DNA from: Candidatus Ozemobacteraceae bacterium
GTDB taxonomy: Bacteria > Muiribacteriota > Ozemobacteria > Ozemobacterales > Ozemobacteraceae
Direction of reading: 5' to 3'
Length of the DNA: 64,000 bases
Assembly (NCBI GenBank): GCA_965140445.1
Contig: OZ223236.1
Location: forward strand, 2,432,001 to 2,496,000
Of the stretch, positions 46,466-56,364 are shown piece by piece. Within the stretch, counting starts at the first letter, position 1; the number at the start of each line of letters is the position of its first letter. The translations under genes and the position numbers were made by a program. The notes under the pieces are model-generated. The model searched no databases, was not told the DNA's origin, and saw nothing but the letters and a program-made list of their open reading frames with translations.

Positions 46466-47407
46466 TCAGCTATTTTGCTGGTTGGTTTTTTCGTTTAAGT
46501 TGCTTTCCTGGGCTCTTTGCCACAAAACAACGCCGAGAAGCAAAGAATTGAATTTTGTATTGTTGTCATCTGCTCTTGATGTTAATACCACAGGACATTT
46601 TGCCCCATACACGAGGCCTCCCATAGGAGCTTTTATGAAATATTGCAGTGATTTATAAAGAGCATTTCCCACTTCAATTCTTGGAACAACAAATATGTCT
46701 GCATCGCCTTTGATTTTTCCTGCATACTTTTTAACTTCAGCTGATTCAGCACTTACAGAGAGATCAAATGAAATCGGACCTTCAACAATCAGGTTTGAAT
46801 TTCCTTTAAATCTTTCTGAAACTTCTTTTGCTAAGGTTGTAGAAGGAACTTTTTCTGAAACTTTTTCATTGGCGGCAAGGAGTGATACTTTTATCGGTCT
46901 TTGCTCAAAAAGAGAAAAGGCTTCACATGCGTTGTAAATTTCTTTTTCAAGCGCATCAGCATCGGGCGAAATTGTCATTGCTGCATCAGTTAGAATTCTT
47001 AGGCCAGGTTTCCCGGGAAGCTCGAAGAAAGCAAGATGAGACATCAATGGATTCTTTTTTAGCCCTTCGGTTGAGCTTAGAACTGCTTTTAATAGAGTGG
47101 AAGTTGAAACCAGACCTTTCATCAAAATGTCTGACTCATTATTTCTTACAAGCGAAACCGCTTTTTTACATGCGCCTGCTTCTGTGCTTTCTTCGATAAT
47201 GGTTACGGAATCATTATCTAAAATCTCAGAATACATTTCACTTATCTGTTTTTTATCACCAATTAGCAAAGCCTCTATTATTCCCATTTTTACACCCTGG
47301 CACACGGCATATGCACAAGCATCGTCCTGAGCTAGGGGTATTGCAACTCTGCATTTCTTCTGTGTATCAAGGGTTTCAACTAATTTGCTAAAGAAATTTT
47401 CTTTCAT
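46466..47407 (-). CDS. ptb: phosphate butyryltransferase
   Basis: ILMKGLVST, EGPISFD, GNALYK and PVVLTSRAD; adjacent to buk. Confidence 0.85.
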   Translation of the reverse strand: MKENFFSKLVETLDTQKKCRVAIPLAQDDACAYAVCQGVKMGIIEALLIGDKKQISEMYSEILDNDSVTIIEESTEAGACKKAVSLVRNNESDILMKGLVSTSTLLKAVLSSTEGLKKNPLMSHLAFFELPGKPGLRILTDAAMTISPDADALEKEIYNACEAFSLFEQRPIKVSLLAANEKVSEKVPSTTLAKEVSERFKGNSNLIVEGPISFDLSVSAESAEVKKYAGKIKGDADIFVVPRIEVGNALYKSLQYFIKAPMGGLVYGAKCPVVLTSRADDNNTKFNSLLLGVVLWQRAQESNLNEKTNQQNS

Positions 47408-47425
47408 TTTTTTCTCCCGATGGAA

Positions 47426-48502
47426 CTAGGGCTGGTAAATTTTTGCCTGAGTTTCATTTCTTAAAACACGTAACCCGCCCATTGCGAGTGCAGCTAGTTC
47501 ATCCTCACCTGGCACTACTACAACATTAGCAAAGTTTTGAACATATTCTTTTACCTTTTCTACAAGTGGAGGGCACTTTGCTCCGCCTCCTGTAATAACT
47601 ATTCTGGTGACGTTTCCTTTTAAAACAGCCACATACGCTCCAATTTCTTTTGCGATTTGATAGGCCATTGCTTCAAATACGGCTGTAAATTCTTTGTCTC
47701 CTGCCAGAACTTTGGTTTCCACTTCCATTAAACTGCTGGTTCCAAGATAGTTTACTAAACCGCCACGGCCAACCAACAATTTTTTTATCTCTGCATGAGT
47801 ATATTTGCCTGAAAAACAAAGCTCAGCCAATTCCAGTGTGGGAAGCGCGCCCGCTCGTTCTGGGGTGAAAGGCCCTGCTGCAAGTCCATTGCTCACATCT
47901 ATACATTCGCCATTTTCTATTGCAGCAACAGAAATGCCACCACCCAGATGAGCAACTACAAAATTGGAGTTGTTGATATCCAAATTTTCGTTTTTAGCAA
48001 CCATTCTGGTTACAGCCATAATATTGAGAGCGTGCCAGATGCTTTTGCGTGGAATTTCTTTTATTCCGGTATATCTTGCCACATCTCTTAATCCATCTAC
48101 TACTGGTGGATCTACGATAAATGCAGGAATTGAATAGTCTTTATAAAAGCTATTTGCCAGTAGAGCTCCCATGTTTGACGCATGATCGCCATATTTGCTG
48201 GTTTTTAAATCATTAACAATGTCTTCAGTAACTGCATATGCACCGCTTGGAATGGCTTTTAAAAGTCCTCCGCGTCCAACAACTGCAGAAAGTTCTTCGG
48301 GTTTAATGTTGACTTCTTTAAGAAAGTCATCCATTACTTTTCTTCTAAGATCAGTCTGATCAATTATTGTGGGGTATTTTGCAATATCTTCTGCTGAATG
48401 CTCTACCTTTTTCTCTGCAACTAGAGTTTCATTTTCAAATAAACCTAGTTTGGTAGAAGTTGAACCTGGATTGACGACTAGAATTCTATAGGTTTCAGAC
48501 AT
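47426..48502 (-). CDS. buk: butyrate kinase
   Basis: NPGSTSTK, VGRGGLL, HASNMGA, HLGGGIS, PERAG and PGEDE. Confidence 0.95.
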   Translation of the reverse strand: MSETYRILVVNPGSTSTKLGLFENETLVAEKKVEHSAEDIAKYPTIIDQTDLRRKVMDDFLKEVNIKPEELSAVVGRGGLLKAIPSGAYAVTEDIVNDLKTSKYGDHASNMGALLANSFYKDYSIPAFIVDPPVVDGLRDVARYTGIKEIPRKSIWHALNIMAVTRMVAKNENLDINNSNFVVAHLGGGISVAAIENGECIDVSNGLAAGPFTPERAGALPTLELAELCFSGKYTHAEIKKLLVGRGGLVNYLGTSSLMEVETKVLAGDKEFTAVFEAMAYQIAKEIGAYVAVLKGNVTRIVITGGGAKCPPLVEKVKEYVQNFANVVVVPGEDELAALAMGGLRVLRNETQAKIYQP

Positions 48503-48547
48503 TGTCTAAGTTCCTTCCTTTAAGTATTTCTCTTATATTTTTGGAAA

Positions 48548-48576
48548 ATCTTATCATTCGACAAACTTAGTGTCAA
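48548..48576 (-). promoter_or_regulatory. sigma70 promoter of buk-ptb
   Basis: TTGACA-N17-TAAGAT with extended TG. Confidence 0.75.
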
Positions 48577-48600
48577 TTTATGTACACTTAGCTCTTTGTT

Positions 48601-49242
48601 TTAGCTGAAAAAAGGATTCTCTGATTTCTCACTGTTAATAGATGTTTCTGGTCCATGACCTGGAAAAACCAGTCTGTCAGAAAGTGCTAAGAGATTATCT
48701 TCTATGGAGCGAATCAATAAACGTCCATCTCCTCCGGGAAAATCTGACCTGCCTATCGAGCCATTAAAAAGAGTGTCACCAGAAAAAATAGCTTCTTCGA
48801 AAACCAAAGCCAACCCACCTGGAGTATGCCCTGGAATCGCGACGAATTCACCTTTAGCATTGCCGACGCTAATTTTATCACCACTTTTAACTATTTTTTC
48901 AGGGCCAGCAACACTGATCTCGTCGCCTAGAAAAGCTGACAAATTAAGAGTTGGGTCTGACAGCATTATTTTATCTTCATTGGATATTGATACAGGGCAA
49001 TTAAGAGCATCTCTTAGAAAATCTACCCCGGCAATATGATCAACATGCCCATGAGTGAGAAAAATTTCTATGCTATCTAGCTCAAGTTCTTTAATCCTTG
49101 CCAACAGGGTCGGAGATTCATAGGCAGGATCTATTACCAATCCCGCTTTACCTTCCTTCCCATAGATAAGGTAAGTGTTAACTTCCATGGGTCCGAGAAC
49201 AATACGTTCACAAACGAGTTCTTTAAATTCAAATTTTTTCAT
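48601..49242 (-). CDS. MBL-fold metallo-hydrolase (glyoxalase II-like)
   Basis: THGHVDH, PGHTPG, SGDTLF and PGHG. Confidence 0.92.
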   Translation of the reverse strand: MKKFEFKELVCERIVLGPMEVNTYLIYGKEGKAGLVIDPAYESPTLLARIKELELDSIEIFLTHGHVDHIAGVDFLRDALNCPVSISNEDKIMLSDPTLNLSAFLGDEISVAGPEKIVKSGDKISVGNAKGEFVAIPGHTPGGLALVFEEAIFSGDTLFNGSIGRSDFPGGDGRLLIRSIEDNLLALSDRLVFPGHGPETSINSEKSENPFFS

Positions 49243-49802
49243 GATATCAGGTCGTTGTCCTTTGCAACTTTTATAACTCCTATGTATGGAAGGTTTCGCA
49301 TAAAACCTTTGTTGTCCAAACCATAGCCAACTACAAAATCATCTGAAATGGTAAAGCCGCAATAATCAATTTTTACACGCTGTTGCTGATTTTCAGGTTT
49401 ATTGCATAAAACACAGATTTTCAAAGACTTGGGATTTCTTTCGCTAAGCATTTTAGCTATATATGAAAGTGTGAGTCCCGAATCAATTATATCTTCGACG
49501 ATTAAAACGTTTTTGCCTTCAATGCTTTCAGTCAAATCTTTTTCAATTTTGACAACTCCGGAGCTTGTAGTTAAATGTCCGTAGCTGCTAACTGCCATAA
49601 AATCGACTTCTTGTTCAAGTTTAATGGCCCGGCATAAGTCACTCATAAATAGGAATGCACCTTTTAGAATGCAAACAACAAAAAGTTCTTCTCCTGAGTA
49701 GTCTTCACTAATTTGAGCTCCCAACTCTGAAATCCTTTTTTGAATTTCTTCCGTTGAAATGAGAACTTTCTCTATTTTAGGGTGATTTACTTTGTTAGAC
49801 AT
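49239..49802 (-). CDS. hpt: hypoxanthine phosphoribosyltransferase
   Basis: [21 protein letters not shown] and FVVGYGLD; likely start ATG 49802. Confidence 0.95.
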   Translation of the reverse strand: MSNKVNHPKIEKVLISTEEIQKRISELGAQISEDYSGEELFVVCILKGAFLFMSDLCRAIKLEQEVDFMAVSSYGHLTTSSGVVKIEKDLTESIEGKNVLIVEDIIDSGLTLSYIAKMLSERNPKSLKICVLCNKPENQQQRVKIDYCGFTISDDFVVGYGLDNKGFMRNLPYIGVIKVAKDNDLIS

Positions 49803-50724
49803 TTTTCTTTGCCCACTCAATTGTTTTGGTAATTCCAGTAGTTAGATCAACTATGGGTTCCCATTTAAGAAGGTTTCTGGCTCTAGTGATGTCGGGGCGG
49901 CGTCTTTTGGGATCATCCATTGGGAGTTCACCATAAGTAATTTTGCTTTTTGAACCAGAAATTTGAAGGATTTTTTCTGCAAACTCTTTAATGGTAATTT
50001 CTGACGGATTACCAAGATTAATTGGGTTTTTGTCAGCCTGATTCATAACCCCGATTATTCCTCTAACCAAATCTGAAACATAACAGAAGCTTCTTGTTTG
50101 AGAGCCGTCGCCAAAAACTGTTAAATCTTTGTCCTGCAGAAGTTGCGAGATAAATGCAGGTACAACTCGACCATCATTAAGGCGCATTCTTGGCCCATAA
50201 GTATTAAAGATTCGAATAATTCTCGTGTCGACGTTGTGATAGTCTCTGTATGCAACAACAATCGCTTCTGCAAAACGCTTGGACTCATCGTAACATCCTC
50301 GTGGTCCAACTGGATTTACATGTCCCCAGTAATCTTCTGTTTGAGGATGAACTTCTGGATCACCATAAACTTCTGAAGTTGAGGCCAAAAGAATACTTGC
50401 ACCATGCTGCTTAGCCATTCCAAGAATATTGTGGGTTCCAAGGGCACCTACTTTCAAAGTCTGGATAGGTAGCTTCTGGTAATCAATTGGGCTGGCGGGC
50501 GAAGCTAGATGAAAAATCTGATCTATTTTTTCAGCCAGGTAAATTGGCTTAGTAATATCATGTTCAATCACAGTTAAGTTTTCAGTATTTTGAATGTGCT
50601 CAAGATTTTTTGGGCTGCCTGTAATAAAATTATCAATGACTACAACCTTGTGTCCCTGTTCTATCAGGCTCTCTGTTAAATGTGATCCAATGAAGCCGGC
50701 TCCGCCAGTAACTACTATGCGCAT
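49795..50724 (-). CDS. UDP-glucuronate decarboxylase (UDP-xylose synthase) family
   Basis: [35 protein letters not shown] and DGRVV. Confidence 0.93.
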   Translation of the reverse strand: MRIVVTGGAGFIGSHLTESLIEQGHKVVVIDNFITGSPKNLEHIQNTENLTVIEHDITKPIYLAEKIDQIFHLASPASPIDYQKLPIQTLKVGALGTHNILGMAKQHGASILLASTSEVYGDPEVHPQTEDYWGHVNPVGPRGCYDESKRFAEAIVVAYRDYHNVDTRIIRIFNTYGPRMRLNDGRVVPAFISQLLQDKDLTVFGDGSQTRSFCYVSDLVRGIIGVMNQADKNPINLGNPSEITIKEFAEKILQISGSKSKITYGELPMDDPKRRRPDITRARNLLKWEPIVDLTTGITKTIEWAKKNV

Positions 50725-50852
50725 ATATTCCTCCGGGAAAATTATTAAAATTCAGTTAAACATCAGAAATATACAAGGTCAAGAATAAATTGGGAACTAA
50801 TTACTTTTTTTGAAGTCTATAGTCTGTGAAAACAATTTTTTGGAGGCAAAAA

Positions 50853-52352
50853 ATGAAATTTAAACCTAGCACCCTGGGAATCTTACTGGTTCTTTTATCC
50901 ATGTTAATTGCTAACTCTGCTTTTGCAGAACCCTCTGCCCCTTCTTCTCGGGAAGGACTTAACGCGGCATTTGCGCTACAACGGGCCTTTATTGATGTGG
51001 CGAAGACTTTAAAGCCTTCTGTTGTTAATATTCGTGTCGAAAAAAGCACAGAAGCCGAATCCTCAATAAAATGGTTCAACCCGGATGATGATTCTGAGGG
51101 AGACCTGGGAGAATTATTCAAGCGATTTTTTCCTGGTATTCCTAGAAACAGATTTAAGACACCAAAGTCATTTAAAACTCAAGCTGCAGGCTCTGGAGTT
51201 ATAATTTCTGAGGACGGAATTATACTTACAAACAATCACGTCGTTAAAGGCGCTTCAAAAATTCAGGTGAAGTTTTCTAACGACAAGGAAGTTCAAGCTG
51301 AAATTGTTGGGCAGGACCCACAAACAGATTTGGCCATAATTAAAGTTAAAGTGGATAGAAAGCTACCGGCAGCAAAATTTGCTGATTCGGACAAAGTTGA
51401 AGTTGGACAATGGTGTATTGCTGTTGGAAATCCAATGGGACTTGAGCAAACAGTTACAGTTGGTGTGGTGAGCGCTGTTGGACGCTCTGGCATTGGCGCT
51501 ACTGCTATAGAAGATTTTATTCAAACAGATGCCAGTATTAACCCTGGAAATTCAGGCGGTCCGCTTGTTAATTTGAACGGGGAAGTTATAGGCATTAACA
51601 CTCTGATTTTCAATGCTCCAGGATCAGGTATTGGTTTTGCAATTCCTTCCTCAATGGCTTCAAGAATCTCTGATCAGATAAGAAGAAACGGAAAAGTTGA
51701 AAGAGCATATGTTGGAATTACAATGCAGCCACTTACAGAAGAACTTGCAGATCATTTTGGTATCGAAAGTAAAGATGGGGCTGTTGTAATTGGTCTTGTT
51801 GAAAATGGGCCAGCACAAAAAGCAGGCTTAAAAGCCATGGACATTATTCAATCTATTGATGGTAAAAAAATGAAAGATACAAATGATGTTCAAAAATATG
51901 TTTTGAGCCAGGAAATTGGAAAAACTCTTTCATTCAGTATTTTGCGAAATGGGAAATCTGACCTGATAAAAGTAAAATTAGAGCAAATGCCTACTAGTTA
52001 CGGTCTGGCAGAAGCTGACAAAATTCCAGAGAAACCTTCTAGTATTGGAAAAGGGGTATTCGAAAAAACTGGATTCAGGGTAAAGCAGATTGATTCTGAA
52101 ATTGCTAGAAGCTTGGGCCTTGATAAAAATAAGACCGGACTGGTTGTTGTTGAAGTAGAACCAGATAGTGCAGCAGAAGAGGGTGGTTTGCTTAACGGAG
52201 ATATTATTTCTCAAGTAAACGGTAAGGAAATTTCCTCTGAAAAAGATTTAGTTATTGCTATGCGAAGCGGAACAAGCAAGAAAAGCTCCGTTTTTGTTGT
52301 TGAAAGAGATGGTTCCCCTATGTTTTTGGTTGTGCCACACCATAAAAAATAA
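50853..52352 (+). CDS. DegP/DegQ (HtrA) serine protease with two PDZ domains
   Basis: TNNHVV, DLA and INPGNSGGPL; start ATG 50853 after GGAGG. Confidence 0.95.
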   Translation: MKFKPSTLGILLVLLSMLIANSAFAEPSAPSSREGLNAAFALQRAFIDVAKTLKPSVVNIRVEKSTEAESSIKWFNPDDDSEGDLGELFKRFFPGIPRNRFKTPKSFKTQAAGSGVIISEDGIILTNNHVVKGASKIQVKFSNDKEVQAEIVGQDPQTDLAIIKVKVDRKLPAAKFADSDKVEVGQWCIAVGNPMGLEQTVTVGVVSAVGRSGIGATAIEDFIQTDASINPGNSGGPLVNLNGEVIGINTLIFNAPGSGIGFAIPSSMASRISDQIRRNGKVERAYVGITMQPLTEELADHFGIESKDGAVVIGLVENGPAQKAGLKAMDIIQSIDGKKMKDTNDVQKYVLSQEIGKTLSFSILRNGKSDLIKVKLEQMPTSYGLAEADKIPEKPSSIGKGVFEKTGFRVKQIDSEIARSLGLDKNKTGLVVVEVEPDSAAEEGGLLNGDIISQVNGKEISSEKDLVIAMRSGTSKKSSVFVVERDGSPMFLVVPHHKK

Positions 52353-52363
52353 ATTATATTCTC

Positions 52364-52397
52364 AAACGGCAGTGTCTTATGGCACTGCCGTTTTTTT
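52364..52397 (+). terminator. intrinsic terminator
   Basis: AAACGGCAGTG-loop-CACTGCCG-T7. Confidence 0.9.
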
Positions 52398-52470
52398 ATT
52401 TAAAAGAGATTCAGAAAAAGCATTGCAGTGTCCGATAGTATCGAATGACACAAAAAAATGGAGTTAATGC

Positions 52471-52635
52471 ATGCTCAAAGAATTGACAATGGCGATTCTG
52501 CTTACGATTATTTTTTCAGTTGGGGTTGGTGTTCTTTTTGTGAGAACGATAATTCAAATGGTTGAACTGCTGATCAACGGCGAGTTGGATAAAAAAAATC
52601 CTGCAACCGAATCTAGCTCAAAGAAACAGGTTTAA
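52471..52635 (+). CDS. small single-TM protein, 54 aa (not in ORF track)
   Basis: MLKELTMAILLTIIFSVGVGVLFVRTIIQMVELLINGELDKKNPATESSSKKQV; GGAG RBS; 4-bp stop overlap with the convergent gene. Confidence 0.6.
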   Translation: MLKELTMAILLTIIFSVGVGVLFVRTIIQMVELLINGELDKKNPATESSSKKQV

Positions 52636-53279
52636 TTTCTAAGAACCCCATGAATTGAACAATGAAAAAATCTTCTTCCATCTTTATAAATAATTGAATA
52701 TTTGCCACCTTTTGGACAAATGGGCATTTCTTTCAAAGCCCCCATTTTTATAAGCTTTTCCGGAAGAAATTTTGTCATTTTTTTCTTTTCTCTTCGATCA
52801 TGAAACATTACGGCCAATATCAGTGAACGCATTCTGGCGAAACATTTTAGCCTACTGTCTTTATTTGCTTCTTCAAGCTTTTTCAATACTTTGCGATAGT
52901 CTCTTTGGGTATTGTTATACTCATAAAAAAAGCTTTTCTGCTTTTTGACATCAATTGAAGAAGTGTCCGTTTCATTTATTCGTTTAATTAGCTCAAGATA
53001 TGACTGTTGATACATTTCTTGAGCTTCTTTAAATTTTAAACGCTCAAAAATAGTCTTTTCGCTGTCTGGGTCATCGTTTTCCGGAATTGAAATTGCCCCA
53101 ATGGGGAACACTCTGGGCTGATATCTTGGTGTTTTTTTTGTTATATAGCTGAAAGCGAACGCAAAAACGGCCAGAAGAACCAAAAGGACTCCAAGCCCAA
53201 AGAAAATTTGACCTGAAAAAGTATCTGACTGTTTCACTTTCAAGAAAATCATCATAATATTTGAGAGCCCTTCTGTCAA
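52632..53279 (-). CDS. membrane-anchored protein with C-terminal CPxGGxY...CxxHG motif
   Basis: N-terminal TM; ends in PICPKGGKYSI...CSIHG; GGAGG RBS. Confidence 0.65.
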   Translation of the reverse strand: MTEGLSNIMMIFLKVKQSDTFSGQIFFGLGVLLVLLAVFAFAFSYITKKTPRYQPRVFPIGAISIPENDDPDSEKTIFERLKFKEAQEMYQQSYLELIKRINETDTSSIDVKKQKSFFYEYNNTQRDYRKVLKKLEEANKDSRLKCFARMRSLILAVMFHDRREKKKMTKFLPEKLIKMGALKEMPICPKGGKYSIIYKDGRRFFHCSIHGVLRN

Positions 53280-53305
53280 TCAATACGCCTCCCTTCATAA
53301 AAAGT

Positions 53306-53334
53306 TTGTCCAGTCTTAGTCTGTGTGATATACT
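53306..53334 (+). promoter_or_regulatory. sigma70 promoter of FHA-ATPase/kinase/phosphatase operon
   Basis: TTGTCC-N17-TATACT with extended TG. Confidence 0.7.
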
Positions 53335-53367
53335 TCGATCAGCTCTAACTCTCGGAGGGGATGTATC

Positions 53368-54546
53368 ATGTCTGAAGATTCCAAAAAGACCGTATTTAGG
53401 CGGGTAGTAGTGCCTGAAGCTGCAAAAAAGAAATTTCTTGTGGGAAATACACCGCCATACCTTGGAAAGCCGTTTGAGCTTCCTATTGGTGAAGAATTTA
53501 CTATTGGTCGAGAAGAAGGAAGAACTCTTCAGCTGGCAAGCGATATGGTTTCCAGGTTGCATGCCACCATAAAAATTGAAGATGGAAAATGTTTGCTAAA
53601 TGACAATGAAAGCTCCAACGGAACTTTCCTGAATAGCGAACAGATGCCGCCACTTACTCCTGTTTCTCTATCGCATAGAGACATTATTAAATTTGACACT
53701 TTTGAATTTATTTTTGTTGATACTGCAATAGGTGATTTGTGGCAAACTCTGAAGCCTCTTTCACGAGAAGGTTCTCAGATTATATCTTTTTATTCACCTA
53801 AAGGCGGAACTGGCATTAGTTCAATCGTTGTTAATCTGGCTAGTCTCCTTGCATCGAAATCCGAGAAAAAAGTTGTTGTTGTGGATCTTGATCTGCGTTT
53901 CGGCGACATTGTTACCTTTTTAGTAGGCAAAGCCGGGGCAACAATCTCCGAGTTAATTCAGGAACAGGAAATAACTCCAGATAATATTCAGAAATATATC
54001 CATAAAGGACCAGGTTTTGACTATATTCAGGCACCAAGAAAAACTGAATTAGCTGAGTTGGTTCACGCAGAGCATGTTAAAACTATTTTGTGGAGTCTCC
54101 AAAATAAATATGATTTTGTTTTGGTTGATCTAAAAAGCGAAATAGATGACATTTCTATTACAGCGTGGGAGTTGTCCAACTTAGTCTATGTGGTTTCAAA
54201 TCCTGAAATTGGTCACCTACTGGCCAGTAGAAAAATTATAGAAATCATGAATAAGTTCAAGTTTCCTGAAAGCAAGGTAAAAATACTTGTTAATAAAATG
54301 GGACGGCCGGGCACTATTGGTAACGAAGAAATTCAAACCCTTCTAAAAAGAGAAGTTATGACTCTTCCATATGCTCCTGACGATGCTATCCTTACTTCCA
54401 CCGGAGGGAAACTTCTAGTCAAAGAGCACCCAAGTTGTGCTTTAGCTAATGGACTTACAAATTTGCAAAAATCCATTGTTGGCGAAGAAGTTCTACAAGA
54501 AGAGGGTGGAGTCTTTTCCAAGCTTAAATCTATATTGGGGTTCTAG
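53368..54546 (+). CDS. FHA domain + CpaE/TadZ(MinD)-like ATPase
   Basis: FHA motifs IGRE, SRLHA, SSNGTFLN; SPKGGTGISS, VDLDLRFGD, YDFVLVD; C-terminal amphipathic FSKLKSILGF. Confidence 0.85.
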   Translation: MSEDSKKTVFRRVVVPEAAKKKFLVGNTPPYLGKPFELPIGEEFTIGREEGRTLQLASDMVSRLHATIKIEDGKCLLNDNESSNGTFLNSEQMPPLTPVSLSHRDIIKFDTFEFIFVDTAIGDLWQTLKPLSREGSQIISFYSPKGGTGISSIVVNLASLLASKSEKKVVVVDLDLRFGDIVTFLVGKAGATISELIQEQEITPDNIQKYIHKGPGFDYIQAPRKTELAELVHAEHVKTILWSLQNKYDFVLVDLKSEIDDISITAWELSNLVYVVSNPEIGHLLASRKIIEIMNKFKFPESKVKILVNKMGRPGTIGNEEIQTLLKREVMTLPYAPDDAILTSTGGKLLVKEHPSCALANGLTNLQKSIVGEEVLQEEGGVFSKLKSILGF

Positions 54547-54549
54547 GTA

Positions 54550-56355
54550 TTGGCTGATTATTCTGAAAAAAGAGCCGGGAACTACACCATTGGCAAAAAG
54601 CTTGGCGATGGTGGGTTTGCAACGGTTTATCTTGCTCAGCACACAATTCTTGAAAAAAAGGCGGCTGTTAAGTTCCTTTTAGAGGATTGGGTGGATGAGC
54701 AAGACGTGGTAAATCGCTTTTTTGATGAAGCGAGAACCATGGAAAGGCTCAAGGATCATGACAATATTGTCAAAATTCTTGATATTTCAACTGTGGAAAA
54801 ATGTTCAGAAGAGGGCTTGCCCCCATATTTTATTATGGAATATGTCGAAGGTAAATCATTAGAAGAATATATCAAGGAAGATGAAGGATTTACTCTTGAA
54901 GACATCGCAAAAATAACCACCTGCGCATTGTCTGCTCTCCAGCATTGCCATGACCGTGGAGTTGTCCACAGAGACATTAAGCCAAGTAATATTATGATCA
55001 CCAGTTCTGGTGAAGTTAAGTTGACTGACTTTGGAATTGCAAAAGCAAGGATTAATACCAGTAAAACGGGCGAAGGGTTGACCTTGGGGTCTACAGATTA
55101 TATGTCTCCAGAGCAGGCGCTTGGTAAAAAAGATTTAGATCACCGTTCTGATATTTATTCGCTTGGAGTCACGCTTTACCAGATGGTTTGTGACCGACTC
55201 CCTTTTATTGGTGATTCTCCTAATGAGGTTGCCCTGAAACATATACAGGAAAAACTCGTTTCTCCAATGGAAATAAATGATGCAGTCCCAAAAAGGCTAA
55301 ATGACATTATTGTAAAAGCAATGGAGAAAGAGAAGGAGCATCGATTTCAATCATGCGATGAGATGATTAAAGCAATAAAAAATCTTGATGGCCCGGAACC
55401 AGAAATTGAAGCTGATATTAATGCGGTTGATCTTACTCAGTTTGACAACGATGAAACCGGACAGTTTCTGGTAAGTGATATTGATGATGCATCACATTCT
55501 CACGCCACGACAAGGAAATTTATTGCCAAACCGCCTCCAGCTCTAATTCATACCATAAGGATTCTGTTAATTATCTTTGCTTTTACGGGATTATTTCTGG
55601 GTGCGTTTAAGTTATATAATGTTTTAGTGACCGCCCAGGTCACTGTGATTTCAGAGCCACCAGGGGCTTTAATAACTTTGAATGGTGAGCAGGTCGGAAC
55701 TGCTCCTGTTGTTTTACCATTGCCACCAATGGGTTACAGAGTTACTTTATCGAACGAAGGATATGAAGATACAACTGTATATTATGATATTAAGCCCAGA
55801 GAAACTCGTCAAATAAGGCGAACTCTAAAAAAAATAGATGTGAGTTATTCCGATGAATTTGCTTCTTTAAAAGAGTCGATTGGTCGCGCAATGAATCGCG
55901 TGCCTAATTCTGCGCCAAAAACAAAAAAAGAACTTGCGAAACTAAATGAGTTAAAAGCAAATGAGCAAAAAGAGTGGGGAAAACTATTCGCTCTCCTGGA
56001 CAAGTATTCGCAATTTGAAGAGCTTCACGAGGATTTCGTAAACTATTGCCAGGAGAATAAAATCTTGGATAAGGCAGCAGGTTACTACAAATCAAGATAT
56101 GAAAAAAAAACAACAGCTCTGTTTTATACCTTTGCCGGCATTGTCTATGAGAAAGAGGGAAATAGGAAAAAGGCCCTTGATTTGTTCATGTTAGCCTGGA
56201 CTGTTGATAACAATGACAGGTTTCTTTTAAATACACTTGGCGATTACTTTTCAAGGGGTAAAGATAAACAAAAAGCAATACAATATTATAAAATGTCTTT
56301 GTTTTTGTATCCAGAGCAGAAAGAAATTAAAGAAAAGATTCTTCAAATAAAGTAG
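54550..56355 (+). CDS. membrane Hanks-type Ser/Thr kinase with PEGA and TPR extracellular region
   Basis: GDGGFATVY, AAVK, HRDIKPSN, DFG and YMSPEQ; TM; SEPPGALITLNG (PEGA); C-terminal TPRs. Confidence 0.93.
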   Translation: MADYSEKRAGNYTIGKKLGDGGFATVYLAQHTILEKKAAVKFLLEDWVDEQDVVNRFFDEARTMERLKDHDNIVKILDISTVEKCSEEGLPPYFIMEYVEGKSLEEYIKEDEGFTLEDIAKITTCALSALQHCHDRGVVHRDIKPSNIMITSSGEVKLTDFGIAKARINTSKTGEGLTLGSTDYMSPEQALGKKDLDHRSDIYSLGVTLYQMVCDRLPFIGDSPNEVALKHIQEKLVSPMEINDAVPKRLNDIIVKAMEKEKEHRFQSCDEMIKAIKNLDGPEPEIEADINAVDLTQFDNDETGQFLVSDIDDASHSHATTRKFIAKPPPALIHTIRILLIIFAFTGLFLGAFKLYNVLVTAQVTVISEPPGALITLNGEQVGTAPVVLPLPPMGYRVTLSNEGYEDTTVYYDIKPRETRQIRRTLKKIDVSYSDEFASLKESIGRAMNRVPNSAPKTKKELAKLNELKANEQKEWGKLFALLDKYSQFEELHEDFVNYCQENKILDKAAGYYKSRYEKKTTALFYTFAGIVYEKEGNRKKALDLFMLAWTVDNNDRFLLNTLGDYFSRGKDKQKAIQYYKMSLFLYPEQKEIKEKILQIK

Positions 56356-56364
56356 GGGGCAGCC

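Noticed and set aside
46466..47407. Ptb as a pseudoenzyme (PRIE instead of PDIE)
   Set aside because: This position varies among Ptb enzymes, and SRAD plus buk linkage are intact.
53071..53562. 163-aa minus-strand ORF
   Set aside because: Overlaps two better-supported genes and the promoter between them; no domain signal.
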